A stretch of 64,000 nucleotides of DNA from Cyanophora paradoxa CCMP329 (lineage: Eukaryota; Plantae; Glaucophyta): contig QPMI01000197.1 in assembly GCA_004431415.1 (NCBI GenBank), forward strand, positions 1-64,000, given 5' to 3'. Below are positions 25,152 to 37,000 of this stretch, one piece after another. The position numbers were made by a program, and so were the translations under genes. How positions within the stretch are numbered: position 1 is the first letter of the stretch; every line of letters starts with the position of its first letter. The notes under the pieces are model-generated. The model was given only the letters and a program-made list of their open reading frames with translations, searched no databases and was not told the DNA's origin.

Positions 25152-26712
25152 GGATCAGGCGAGCGTGGGGCGACCAGGGGGGCGGGTGGGGGCGAGGGCG
25201 CGCTCTGTAGTCCACCGGCAGCTCGACCGTCCTGGGGTCGACGAGCCACACTGCCGCCCGAGGGTGAGGCGGGGCGGGCGCTTGCAGGGCCCCCAGGGCC
25301 CGCGGCACGCACCGGGGAACTTGGGGATGCGCAGCTGGTGGTGGGCGAACTGCATCTGCGGGGGGGTCAGGAACATCGTCGGCCCGAACGTGAATCGGGG
25401 GGTCGCGTCGCGCCTCGTCGTCGCAGTTGTGGGAGCGGATGTACCCCGGTGACAGGAAGCAGACATACGTCCGGCAGCGCTGCATCGCCTCCTGCGCATG
25501 CCGCGCGCCCCGCGCGCTCGGCATGCTGGAAGGCGCGAGGCGGTGGGCGACGCGCACCCCGATCTTGGCCATCCACTTCTGGCCCGCCTTGAGCTCGCGG
25601 TCGACCCTGCGCGGGGCGAGGGCGTCAGCGGTGCGGGGGCGGGGGAGGGGGCGAGGGAGAGGGGTGGCCTTGGAGGGGGGCGAACCATATCTTGAAGCCG
25701 GCGGCCTCGAGGGCGTCGCAGTAGCGGAAGACGAGCGTCGCGTCGACGTGGGCGTAGCTGCAGGCGGCGTGAGCACCGGCAGCGTGCGGCGGGGGCCGGG
25801 ACAAGCGCCTGACGAAGCAGTCCCAGGCCTTGCCGTCGGCGGCCGGCTGCAGCGGGGGCGGGTGCTGCGGGACTGCAGCAGGCGCCTGCTGGGCGCGCTG
25901 GGCGGCCGGCGGGGAGGGCGCCGCTGGGGGACGGGCTCGCGTCGGGGAAGGGAAGCACGGGCGGGGTACACTGACCGGGGGCCGGAGGGGCCGGGCGGCG
26001 GGCGCAGCGGGGCGCGGGGCGGCGGGCGCAGCGGGGCGCGCGGCAGGGGCGGCGGGCTGCGGTGGCGGGTGAGTGCGCGGTGGAGGCCGAGGGGTAAGGG
26101 GCTGGGAGTGGGGCGCACCGCGGGGGCGGGGAGGGAGCGGAGGTAGGGCACGACGGCGGCGCACTGGGCTGTACCGTCGTACATGTTGTCATTAACGGCG
26201 CGGCGGACAAGCTCGGGCCACGAGTCCACGACGGGGTTGCCGCTCACGTACAGCTCCTGCAGGGCGGCGAGGCGGCCGATCTCCGGCGGCAGCGCCGTGA
26301 GCTGGTTGTCACTCACGAGCAGCTCCTTCAGGGCGGCGAGGCGGCCGATCTCCGGCGGCAGAGCCGTCAGCTGGTTGTCACCCACGTACAGCGTCTGCAG
26401 GTTGGCGAGGCGGCCGATCTCGGGCGGCAGCGCCGTCAGTCGGTTGTCGTTCACGTTCAGCCACCGCAGGGCGGTGAGGCGGCCGATCTCCGGCGGCAGG
26501 TCCGTCAGCCGGTTGTTGGTCAACCACAGCTTTTCCAGGTTCGTCAGCTTGGCGAGCTCGGCCCCCGGGATGCGCGTGAGCTTGTTATAGCCGAGGTCGA
26601 GCTCGCGGATGTTCGCCGGCCCCGCTCGCGCGATCTCCGCCGCCGGCCACTCCGTCCGCCCCTCCTTCTCCAGGTCCAGCTTCCCCTCCGCCGGGATCCA
26701 CCCCTTGCCCAT
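25152..26712 (-). pseudogene. LRR-TIR gene A1 (TIR type A), last exon separated by the transposon insertion
   Basis: ATG at 26712 (MGKGWIPAEGKLDLEKE) is followed by LRRs with 4 LPPEIGRL modules. Spliced TIR exons read AWDCFVSYAHVDATLVFRYCDALEAAGFKIWVDRELKAGQKWMAKIGEAMQRCRTYVCFLSPGYIRSHNCDDEMQFAHHQLRIPKFPVWLVDPRTVELPVDYR. The final exon seen in the paralog (MMLASVNW) is absent. Confidence 0.85.
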
Positions 26713-27800
26713 GCCTGCGGGGCGGTCAGCCGCAGAAGCGCGCCGCGGGGAGCGCGCCCCCGCCCCGCCCGGCGGGTCCCCAGCCTGCGGGGGGCCGCCC
26801 GGCCCGCGCTGAGCCCCTCCCGCAGGGGGCGGTGCACGCGCGCGCCGGGCTCTGCCTTTACCGGCCGCCCCGCCCCGCCCGAGTCGCGGCTCGGGGGAGC
26901 GACGGCGGCCTATGGGAGATTGCACCCCCACGCCCGGGCGCGCGCTGGGTCCTCCCCCCCTCCCCCCGTTCGTGGGTTGGCGAACGAGGCAGCAAGCGAC
27001 GCCGGAGCGTGGGGCCCCCCCCACAGGCCCGGCCCCGTCGACTCGCCCCGCATCTTACCCGACGTCCGCGCGCCCGCCGCGTCGCTTGGTGGGATCAGTG
27101 CGGCCCCTCGCACGCTGCTAGGCGACCCGTGCGGCCCAGAGCGAATTCGAAGCGATTCGTAGATTCTAGACCGGCGGGATCCGCCCAGCGGCAACTAGCG
27201 AGCAACCGGCGTTCTGCGCCCGCCCGGAGGAACGCACCTTCGACGGATCGCCTTGCAGAAGCAGAGCCGAGCTTTCGGAACCGACGGAGCCCGCCCGGTC
27301 AGAAATCCTTGCCGGTCGCGTGCTGCCTGCTGGCTGCTCGCCCGCTGCCCTGTGGAGCTGCGCGCCGGTACAAGCAAGCAATGAGCGAAGGACAGGAGCG
27401 ATGCCAGAAACCCGTCGGCTTCGCACCTGCCGCGATGAATGCCGATTCACCGAAGCGCTTGGGTACGGCCACGCCGAAGCGCCGGGTACGGTCGCGCCGC
27501 AGGCCTCCGCTGCTTTCTTGGCAGGCGGGCGGGTCTGTGAGCTGCATATACCTATAAACGGCGTTCCGGACCGGTGCACTACTGCCCGTCCACTTCATCG
27601 TGCGCCAGCCTTCCAGAGCGATCATATGCATGATCAGGACGCAGGCGCAGCTGCAGCTGCAGTCATCAAGATGCAGCTGCGCCTGCGCACCGGCAGCTGC
27701 CGCCTGGCAGCCGGGCCCGAGGCCATGGCGGAGCAGAGCGCCGTCCGCGGTGGCGGGTCGACCCGCTCCTCGTTCAGCAGTACTTCTGTAAATCCAGCAG
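26713..27800. promoter_or_regulatory. Conserved 5' flank shared by all four LRR-TIR genes (also 42005-42430, 50337-51530, 55476-55850)
   Basis: The blocks ttctagaccgg...cggcaacta, gcgcaccttcgacggatcgcctt and gagcgatgc(c/a)agaaacccgtc are found upstream of each copy. A regulatory role is inferred only. Confidence 0.5.
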
Positions 27801-28457
27801 CACTCGGGCCGCCTGGCTGTCCGCCCGCTCGCTTTGGAGCGAGATCTTGGCATCATCTTGCCCGGCCTGGGGTACAGCCCGCTGTGCAGGCTCCTTCTGA
27901 TCACGGCTTCAGCGATGCTTCTCTGCGATTTGGTACGCTCGCGCTCCTTCTCACTCGGCTCCTGTACCGCTCTGATCGCCGAGGCTCGCAGAGCTCGCTT
28001 CGCCTCGCGCGCGGCGCCGGCACATGTACGACCGAACACGCGCGTGCGAGCGGGGGCCTCGCGCCCGGCGGATCGCACACAATCGCCCTCGGTTGCTCGA
28101 GCCCCGTCGACCCGCGCGTGCGCGTATGCTTGCGCGCTACGAGCACAGCGGCGCCGGCGCGGCCGCGGGCGGCGCGGCGCGGGAGGAGGGCGCGGTGCGG
28201 CCGCGGGCGGCGCGGTGGACGAAGAGCCTCGGGCGCGCTCCGAGCGGCTCGCTCGGACGAGAATCCTGGAGCACGCCTGCGCACTCTTTCTTCTCCACCC
28301 AGGCATCAGGCGCACCGCCTCACAAGCGCACCGTCCTGCGCCGCCTCCGCCAGTGCGTTCGGGACGTGAGGCCGCCCGCCCCGCGCCCGCCCCGCGCCTT
28401 TCCGCCCTGCCTCACCCTAGGCCCGCCCCGCCCCGCCCCGGGCGGCGGGCCCCGCAG

Positions 28458-31205
28458 ATGTTCCGCGCGCTGGCGCGGCTGCCGGCGCTGCGGTCGCTCT
28501 GCGCGGACCGGTCGGGCCTCGGGGAGGAGTCCGCGACGCACCTGCAGGAGCTGGTGCAGCAAAGTCGCCGCAGGGGCAGGGGCAGCCGGCGGGCGGGCAG
28601 AGGGGCCAGCGGTCCCCCGGCCCTGAGAAGGCGGCGCCCTCGATCGGGAGCTCTGCCTCCCTGGAGGCCGCCCCCGCCCCGGACGCGGCGGGGCTCCCGG
28701 CGACCCTCAAGCCCCGCCCCGCGCTGCCGCCCGCCGCCGGAGCCGGAGCCGGAGCCGGCGCCGGCGCCGGATCCTCCCTCGTCGCCGCCGCCGGCGCCGC
28801 CGCGCCCCGCCCGTCAACAACGACGACGACAGCGTCGGCTTCTCCCCCCGCCGCCGCCTCCGCCCCGGGCTCTCGCCCCGACTCCTTCAGCTGGCAGCAG
28901 CCGGACCAGCGGCGGCCCTCGACCAGCGACGGCCTCGCCGGCCCGGGCCTCCTCCCGCCGGGCGCTGTCATCGCCGGCATCAGGTCCGCCCGCCCGCCCC
29001 CCCGCCCGCCCGCTGCGCTGCGCCGCACAGAAGATGCTTGCTGGCCGCTCTGTCTACCTTTCCATCTCTGTCCACCTGTCCTTGACCCGCCCTCCCGCCG
29101 GGATGCAGGCGGGCGTCGACGGCGGCGAGCCTTCCGCGCACCTACTCCGGCACCTCCCTCGCATCCACCGTCCTCCTCAACCCGCCCCAAGTGAGACCAA
29201 CCTTCCTCCATCTAACTAACTAAAAACAGAGACAGAACAGAGGTGATAGGTCTACTGAGCCTCCTCTAACTAACTAACTAATTCACCTTGAGACCATCCT
29301 TCCCCCACCTAACTAACTAACTCTCTCGAACTAAATAACGAATCTCCCTCTTCTTGTTCTCCCCCCCTCTTCTTCTTCTGCCGCCCCTCACGCCCCTCGC
29401 AGACGGCGCCGGCGGGCCCGCCGAAGCGGCCGAGCGGCCTGAGCGCCCTCCAGGTCCACCCCCACCCCTTCCCACCCCCCTCCCCCCCCCATCCCCCCTC
29501 CCCCCCCTCCCCCCCCCTCCCCCCCCCCCCGAGAAGCTTGGATCTAGCCGGACGTGACGCAAGGAGCCTATTGAACCTAGAGAACGCCCGCCGAGGGCCC
29601 CGGGCCCGGCCCCGCCACCCCCTGGGGCAGACCAGGCGCCTCGCCCCCGCCCGCGCCCTCCTCCTCATCGCGGGGGCAGGCGCTGCTGGACGCGAGCCCG
29701 GTGGTCTTCGGCGCGGAGGAGCTCGCCCGCGAGGAGCGCCGCCTCCGCCGCCGCCGCCGGTGCGAGCCGCCCGCCCCCGCCCCGGCCCGCCCCGCCCCGG
29801 CGCCACGTCGTCGCTAGCTGTAGCTGTCTAGAGCTACTACACCTTGAATGCTATAGAACGAGGCCTCTTCTGACGGTGCCGCGCAGGCTGGCGAGGCAGG
29901 CGGCGGCGGAGGCGCGGGCGGACGCGGAGCGCGTCGCCACGCCGGCGGCCCTGCAGCAGATGCAGCTGCAGCACTCGGCGACGGCCCCGGGGGCGCTCGC
30001 GCCGGGCCTGGCGGGGCGGTGGCGCAGCTCGCCGCGCGGCGCATGTCGCGGCGCATGTCCCTCATGAAGCTCGCCGAGCTCGCCGCCCAGGGCGCCGAGG
30101 TCTCCGCCTTTCTGAGGTGCCGCCCTCCTCCCTTCGGCGCGTCCGCAGAGGCTCACCTCGTTCGCCGCGGCGCAGCTCGGACGGCTCGCCGCTGCGGCAG
30201 CCGGCAGGCGGCAGCGGCGGGGCCGGCGCGTGGAGCGAGGAGAGCAGCTCGGGGAGCAGCGCGGAGGAGGCGGCCGCCGGCTCGGCGCAGGAGGAGGACG
30301 AGGCCGAGGAGGAGCGGATGCGCGAGGCGCGCCCGCCGCTGTTCGCCTTCGTTCGCTTCCGTTTGCTGTCCGCTGAGGGGGGTCCCGGGCGCAGGAGGAC
30401 CCGCTGAGCCTCACGGGCTGGGCGAACGCTCGCCAGGCGAAGAAGGCGCGGCACCGGGGGGCGGGGGCGGGGCCCGCGGCCCCCGGGCAGGAGGGCAGGG
30501 CGGCCGCCGCGGCTGCGGCGAAGGGGCCGCTCAAGTCGGGCGGCGTGGGGGCCCGCCTCTTCCGGTTGTACATGGCGGTACCCCTCCCGTCCATGCGGCT
30601 CCTCAGGGAGCGCGGCCCCCGCTCGCCCTCCCCGGACTCCCGCTCGGCCTCTCCCCCCCGGGCCCAGACCGCCGCCGGCCGCGTCCGCGTCTCCACCCCC
30701 CTCGACCCCGTCCACCAGGCGGTGCGCGTACCCCCCTCTCCGCCTCCATCTCACTCCCCCCCTCCTCTTGACCTGGGTACGGCAGGCTCTGGACTTTGCA
30801 AACGCGCGGGCGGAGGCGCGGAGGCTGCGGCAGGAGGCCGGCATGAGCGCGTCCGCGGGGAGCCTCTCCTTCGGCGACCTACCCCCCCCGCCCGGCGACC
30901 TCCCGCCGGGCCTCAGATACGTACCCCCGCCGCGGAATAGGCGGGAGTCCACGGCGGACGGGGTACGCCGCTCCTCTGCGTCGGGCGGGGGGCGCCGGAG
31001 GAGCAGCATACTGGCGCCCGCCGGATCCGAACCGCCGCCCGCCGGCGCCGGCGCCGGGCTGGGGCCCCAGGGGCGGGGCCAGGGGCACCTCTCCGTCACG
31101 CAGTCGGCCCCCTCGCTCGGGGGCCCGGGCCTGCGCTCCGGCGCCCGCCCCGCGACGGTCCCCGCGGAGCCCGCCCGCCCGCACCTGCCCCCGGGGGCGG
31201 CGTGA
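28458..31205 (+). pseudogene. Duplicated 3' half of the START-domain gene, joined to an unrelated LRR(RNI)-like exon
   Basis: 28562-31205 aligns with about 37478-39861 (both end ...PARPHLPPGAA*). It is preceded by the exon MFRALARLPALRSLCADRSGLGEESATHLQELVQQ. Small deletions relative to the 38-39 kb copy suggest decay. Confidence 0.6.
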
Positions 31206-34058
31206 CTCTTTAAGGAAAAAGGGGGGCGGGCGGGGCGGCGGCGGGGGAAAATGCGAGCCGGGGGCGGGGGCGGGGGCGGGGCGGGCGGGGCGGCGCCAAG
31301 AGGAGTGGATTGGAAGCCGCGAGCTGTTGGTGCGCTGCCGATGGCGAGGCTCGGGCCTCGGGTCTCGGGGGAGGCGGCGCGCGCCCTCAGAGTCAGTACA
31401 GGAGAATTCGAGGAAGAGGAGCCGCAGGCTGAAAGGCCGCGATCGGGCGCGGGGGCGCGGGCCGGGCGGGCCCGCGCCCCGCTGGCGGGCCCTCGCGCCC
31501 TGCAGCTGGCTCCAGATCTCTCATGATCAGTCTATCGGGCCAGTACTATAGCTAGAACTAGTCACGTGCACTGGGCCACTGCATGGGGAAGGGGAAGGGG
31601 GTCCTTCCCCAATGATAGCGCTAGCCTAGTACCGTAGTACACGTATACGTAGCTAGCTATAGCTATAGCTATATAGCTATAGCTGCCACGGCCTCAGCTC
31701 TTAATTCGGCCCTTCCATTTCGCTGCGAAAATCGGGCGAGTCCCGTCCCGGTTTTTTGTATGGGCCAGTTTGCAACGTCAGTGGGCGCCCGCCATAGTAA
31801 AAGACCGGGAATTTTCCCGGTTTTTTGTGGTAACGAGCTCGGATCCCGCGGGGCCCGCTTTTCAAACAAAGCCGCATTCGCGTCGCTGCGCACGCGGCAC
31901 ACGATGCGACGTAGCTACAGCGCGCGGAGAGGCGGTAGAGAGGCCGGGGCGGCGTGCGGGCGGCCGGTGGACGCCGGCGCAGCGCCCCGGGGAGCGGCGG
32001 GGCGGGCCGGGGCGCGGGGCGCGGGCGCGGGGCGCGGGGCGCGGGGAGAGAGGCGGGGGCGCTGCTGGGGACGGCGGCGGCGGCGCGGGCCGATCGGCGG
32101 CGCAGCGGCCTCAACCTCCGTCCCCTCCGCCGGGCCCGGCCCGACGCGCCCGCCCGCCCGCCCCCGCGCCAGTCCTCCTCCGCGGCTGCGGGCGGGCGGG
32201 CGGTGAGCGCGGGGGCCGCGGGGGCGGGGCCGGTGTCGGGGCGCGCACCGCGGGCGGGCGCCGGGGAGGCGCGAGCGGCGGGCGGGCCTCGGGCTCCGCA
32301 GCGGCTACGGTCGCTCCGGCGGGGGCGCGCGGCTCGGCCGGGGCCGCCGCGAGGCGCTCCTCCGCCAGCGCGCCCGCCGGCGGCCCCGGAGGCGAGGTCG
32401 AGGAGGGCGGGGGCGGGCGGGGTCGGGGAGGGCGAGGGCGGCGCCGTCCGCGGGGCGATCGGCGGGGACGAGGCGGGCGAGGGCGGCGCCCGCCGGCCGG
32501 CCCTCAGCTCCGGGCACCGCCTGCTCCGAGGGCGGCCCTGCTTCGTCCTGCTTCCGCCGCCGCCGCTCCTCCGCCGCCCCCGCGCCCGCGCCGCCGCAGC
32601 TCGGGCCGCCGTCCGATGCCCGCGCCTTTGCCTGCGGCCGCTGCGGCGTACGCGCCGGAGAGCCTCGGCCCGCCGGCGCCGCCTCCGCGCCCACGGGCCG
32701 CGCGCCGCCGGGCGCACGCGCGGCGAGGGCGGCGCCCTGGGGCGGGCGGGGCGGCGGGAGGGGAGTGGCGGCGGGGGCCGCGGGGCGCTGCGGGGGCCGA
32801 GCTGCGGGGCGGCCGCCGGGGGAGCGCCCTGTGCAGAGGAGAGCGGACTCCGGGCGCGAGGGCCGTACGCAGAGGCCGGCCGCCGCCTCACAGCTGAGCG
32901 GCGCCCCGTGCCGCGCCGGCTCCGTTGGATTCGCGGCGGTTACTAACTGCCGACAGCCGTTAGGCTAACTGCCGCGCAGCGGAGGGGGCGGCGCTTCGGG
33001 GCTTCGGGGCGCACGCTGCTCCTCGCTGGCGACCGGCGCGGGGCGGCCTCCGCACCGCGAACCGCGTCACGGGCAGTGCCGAGCCGTGCTCCACGGGCTT
33101 CGTGCTCCGCGCCCCACTCACGGCGACTCCGCCCTTCGCCCGCCAGTCCATTCAAGCGCGGCGCGGCCATCCGGGGCGACCTGCCGCGGGCGTGCGTCAG
33201 CTTCGACTTCGCCGCATGCAAATGCACGACGCTGTGCGAACCAATGCCCTCCGCCAAGGCCGCCGCCGCCGCGCCTCCGCCGAGCTCGCGACGACCGCGA
33301 GCGGCCATTGCGGCGCTTCCGAGGGAGGCTGATCGTGCTCCAGATGCGTGGAGGAGCGCATTCTGCTGGCCAGCTGCTCGCCCGCACGCTGTGGAGCGAG
33401 ATCTCGTCACGATTTCTGTGCCGGCTTGGGGTACAGCGATCGCCCGCTTCGCCGCCTTCGCTCCTCGAGCTTCTATGCGCCTTGCGGCGCGGCGCCGGTA
33501 TACGTGCGTTCCAACTCTATCGACATCCCGTGCTGGTCTAACACGCGCCGCTCGCAGCCTTGCGATCTTGTGCGACTCGGCGATGCGGTCGATTGCAGGG
33601 ATCAGCGCGCGCGCAGGCGCGCGGCTCGAGGCGAGTGCGATGCGAGCCCGGCGTCGAGCGGATCCAGGTATGCGGCTCGGCCGCGCACGGACGCGCCCAT
33701 CCTGCGCGACTCTGCCCGACTCTGCCGCCTCCGCTCCCAACGAGCCGGCCCGCGTCGACGTCGCGCCCGCGCGCACGCTCGCTGACGTCCGCCTCGAGCG
33801 GCGCCCCGCGGGCCCCTCGCGATCGGACTCGCGAGTCGCCTCGCGCGAGAGGCGCCGCCGCAGCGCCGCGCGCCGCGCCTCCGCGCGCCCCTCGAGCTCC
33901 CGGAGGGCGCCGGCGACTCCTCCTCCTCCCTCCCGCGCGCCCCGCGCGCCCCGCGGCCGCCCCGCCCCGCCCGCCCCGCCCCGCCCCGCCCCCGCAGCTT
34001 GGCTTACTTTGTCTTTGGCCTTGGCTCTCTGGCTGTTTACTCTCCGCCCAGGTTCGAC

Positions 34059-37000
34059 ATGGCGCACGTGCTCTTCCTCGGCGTGGACCGCGGCGAGGCG
34101 CACGGCGCCAAGAAGGTCGCCACGGTGCGCGCCCCTCGTCTCATTCTTCTATAAGATTCTTTTACAAGAGCCGCGAGTATTGCTGTTTTTATTCTATCTA
34201 GATCCAGACCGTTATTCTATCTATCGGCGCCAAGAGGGTCGCCACGGCGCGTGAGCGCGCCTACGGTCGAGGGCGAGATGAAGCTGGGCGGGGCTCGCGG
34301 TCGCTAGGGAGCTAGCTGCCCCACGCCCGACCCCCAGCTCGCTCGCTGGCGCCCGGGCCCCCGAGCCGAACCGAGCCGAGCCGCCCCGCCGCGCCGCGCC
34401 CGCGCAGCCGGAGCAGACGATGTACGCGAAGGAGTACTACAAGCGGGAGGCCGCCGACGCCCTCCTCGACGTCCGCCGCGAGGTGAGCGGGCGAGGCCCA
34501 GCCTCGACGATCCGATCTGGCCCAGCCCAGCCCAGTCTGGCTAGCCCCCTTCCCAGCTAGCCCAGCCCAGTCTAGCTAGCCCCCTTCCCTAGCTAGCTAG
34601 CTAGCTAGCTAGCTAGCTAGCCAGCCCAGACGATCCGATCTAGCCTCGCCTTGTCTAGCTAGGCCTTTCCAGTCCGGTCCGGTCTAGTCCAGCTGGGCCC
34701 CTTGTCTTAGCTTGCCTAGCATAGCATCTGCCTCTCTTTGAGCCCAAGCTGACTCCTCCCCGCAGTTCTCGGGTGCCGATCTGCTATGGACGGACCACGG
34801 GCCGCTTCCGGGCGAGAAGGTCAGACCCTCACCCGCGGGCCCCTCCCCCCCGCCCCCCTCGCGATCCACTCGCCCCCGGGCCATCTTCCACGCCGTGCCG
34901 CTCCTTATGCGCTCACGCCGGACTCAAATCCGCCGGCCTCCACCCGGGCTACCTACCCACGCCCGGGCGTCCCTCGCGCGCCCCTCACGCGCCCCCGCCC
35001 ACCAGATCCGGCGGATGCACCGGGAGGACCCTCTCCCGAACCGGCCCCCGATCCTCAAGTCCGCCCTCGTCATCCCGGTCCGCCCGTCCGCCCGCCCGCC
35101 CCGCGCGCCCCGCCCGCCCGCCCGCCTCGTCCTTCCGCTCGCCTCTACATTATATGCTTCCATAGCTTCCATTTAAGCTGGGCTCGGGCGCGCGTGCCGC
35201 GTCAGCGCACCCTCCCGGCCGGGCCGGGCCCCTTAGGTAGCCAGCGCGGGTTTCTGAACGTGCGCGCAGGCGCCGGCGTGGCGGACGGCAAACTTCCTGT
35301 GGGACCCCACGAGCCGCACCAAGTGGGACAAGGTGCGCCGGCGGGCGGCGGGTGGGCGGCCCCGCGCGAGCTAGCTCCGACCATCCTTGAATTTGATCCC
35401 TAGATTAGATCTCGTAGAAGATCCGATAGCGGAGCGCTCGTTTCCCAAGCGCCCTCAGAGTTTCCTCAGCTCAGATCCCATACATCTTAGCTCATCACTC
35501 GAGAAGACGCTTCCTTTCTAAGCTAACCAGCCAGCTACCTAACTGACTTCGGTTCCCCTCGCGCAGCTGGCGCTGCGGTGCGGGGTGGTGGACGAGCTGG
35601 AGCGGACGACGCGGGTCGACTACGTCGAGGAGACGAACCTGCAAACTTCCTGTGGGACCCCACGAGCCGCACCAAGTGGGACAAGGTGCGCCGGCGGGCG
35701 GCGGGTGGGCGGCCCCGCGCGAGCTAGCTCCGACCATCCTTGAATTTGATCCCTAGATTAGATCTCGTAGAAGATCCGATAGCGGAGCGCTCGTTTCCCA
35801 AGCGCCCTCAGAGTTTCCTCAGCTCAGATCCCATACATCTTAGCTCATCACTCGAGAAGACGCTTCCTTTCTAAGCTAACCAGCCAGCTACCTAACTGAC
35901 TTCGGTTCCCCTCGCGCAGCTGGCGCTGCGGTGCGGGGTGGTGGACGAGCTGGAGCGGACGACGCGGGTCGACTACGTCGAGGAGACGAACCTGCTCCCG
36001 GGTCACCTCCCCCGCAACATGGTCCTCGTCGCCACCGTCCAGGTGGGCGCCAGCACCCGTCTGGCTGCCGGGCTCTGGGGCGAGAGAGCGGGCGGGCGCC
36101 GGTCCCGCTGACACGGCTCCCTCTCTCTGCAGCGCGACCTGCACGCGCGCATGTTCGTGATCGCCTACCGATCCGTCATCCACAAGAAGGGTGCTCCGCT
36201 TAACCCTGCTTTACCCTCCTTCTCTTTTTCCGCGGAGCTGAATCGTGGCGCGCAGTCAAAGTCGAGGGGCAGTTCATCCGGGCGCACGTCTTCAAGGGGG
36301 TGCGCCGTGCGGCGCGAGGGCGAGAGGGGGCTTGGCGCGGCACGGCGCGGCGCGGCGCGGCGGGGCGGGGAGCGAGAGGGGGCGGGGATACGCCGAGCGG
36401 CGGGGCGGGGCGGGACTCGGCTATCGATATCTCCCTTCCGGCGCAACGCAGCTCCGCTATCTCGCGTCTCGACTCTGGAGCGCTAGAAAGAGGGCCTGAC
36501 GGGGCGGGGCGCGGGGCGGCAGGGCTTCATCGTGCGGGAGGTCGACGAGCGCAGCAGCGAGCTGACGTACGTCATCCAGATGGACGTCAAGGTAGCCTAC
36601 CCCCCTCCTTTTCGCCCCCCCCCCCGTGACGTCACGCCCACCGTGACGTCACGCCCGGTCAGGGCGTCCTATCGCGCGTCACGGCGGAACACTACTTCGC
36701 GCGACGCATGCTGGCGCCGCAGCAGGCAGGCTTTCCCGTACCCCTCTTGCTTTCCTCCCCGCCCTTCCTCAGCGCCGCCCCCCTCCCCGCTTTGCAGATC
36801 GGGTACGCCCTTAGGATCGAGTACCTGTCCAACTGCGGGAAGGTGTGTGTACCCCGGCCGGGCTCCGCGGGCCCCGTACCCCGCCTCGCGGGCCGCGCTG
36901 ACGCTCCTGGCAGTGGATCAAGGGCGGGCTCTTCCCCCCCCGCTCCCTCGTCTCCGAGTCGCGGCACATCCAGGGGGCCCTGAAGAAGGTCCGAGCACGC

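Noticed and set aside
24901-27024. 707-aa LRR protein as a single-exon CDS
   Set aside because: This is chance read-through across introns and into the transposon end. The real start is the ATG at 26712, and the TIR appears only after splicing.
31250-34254. Many overlapping 300-400 aa Arg/Pro/Gly/Ala-rich ORFs
   Set aside because: Stop-codon scarcity at very high GC explains them. No motif is recognisable, though real exons may be hidden here.
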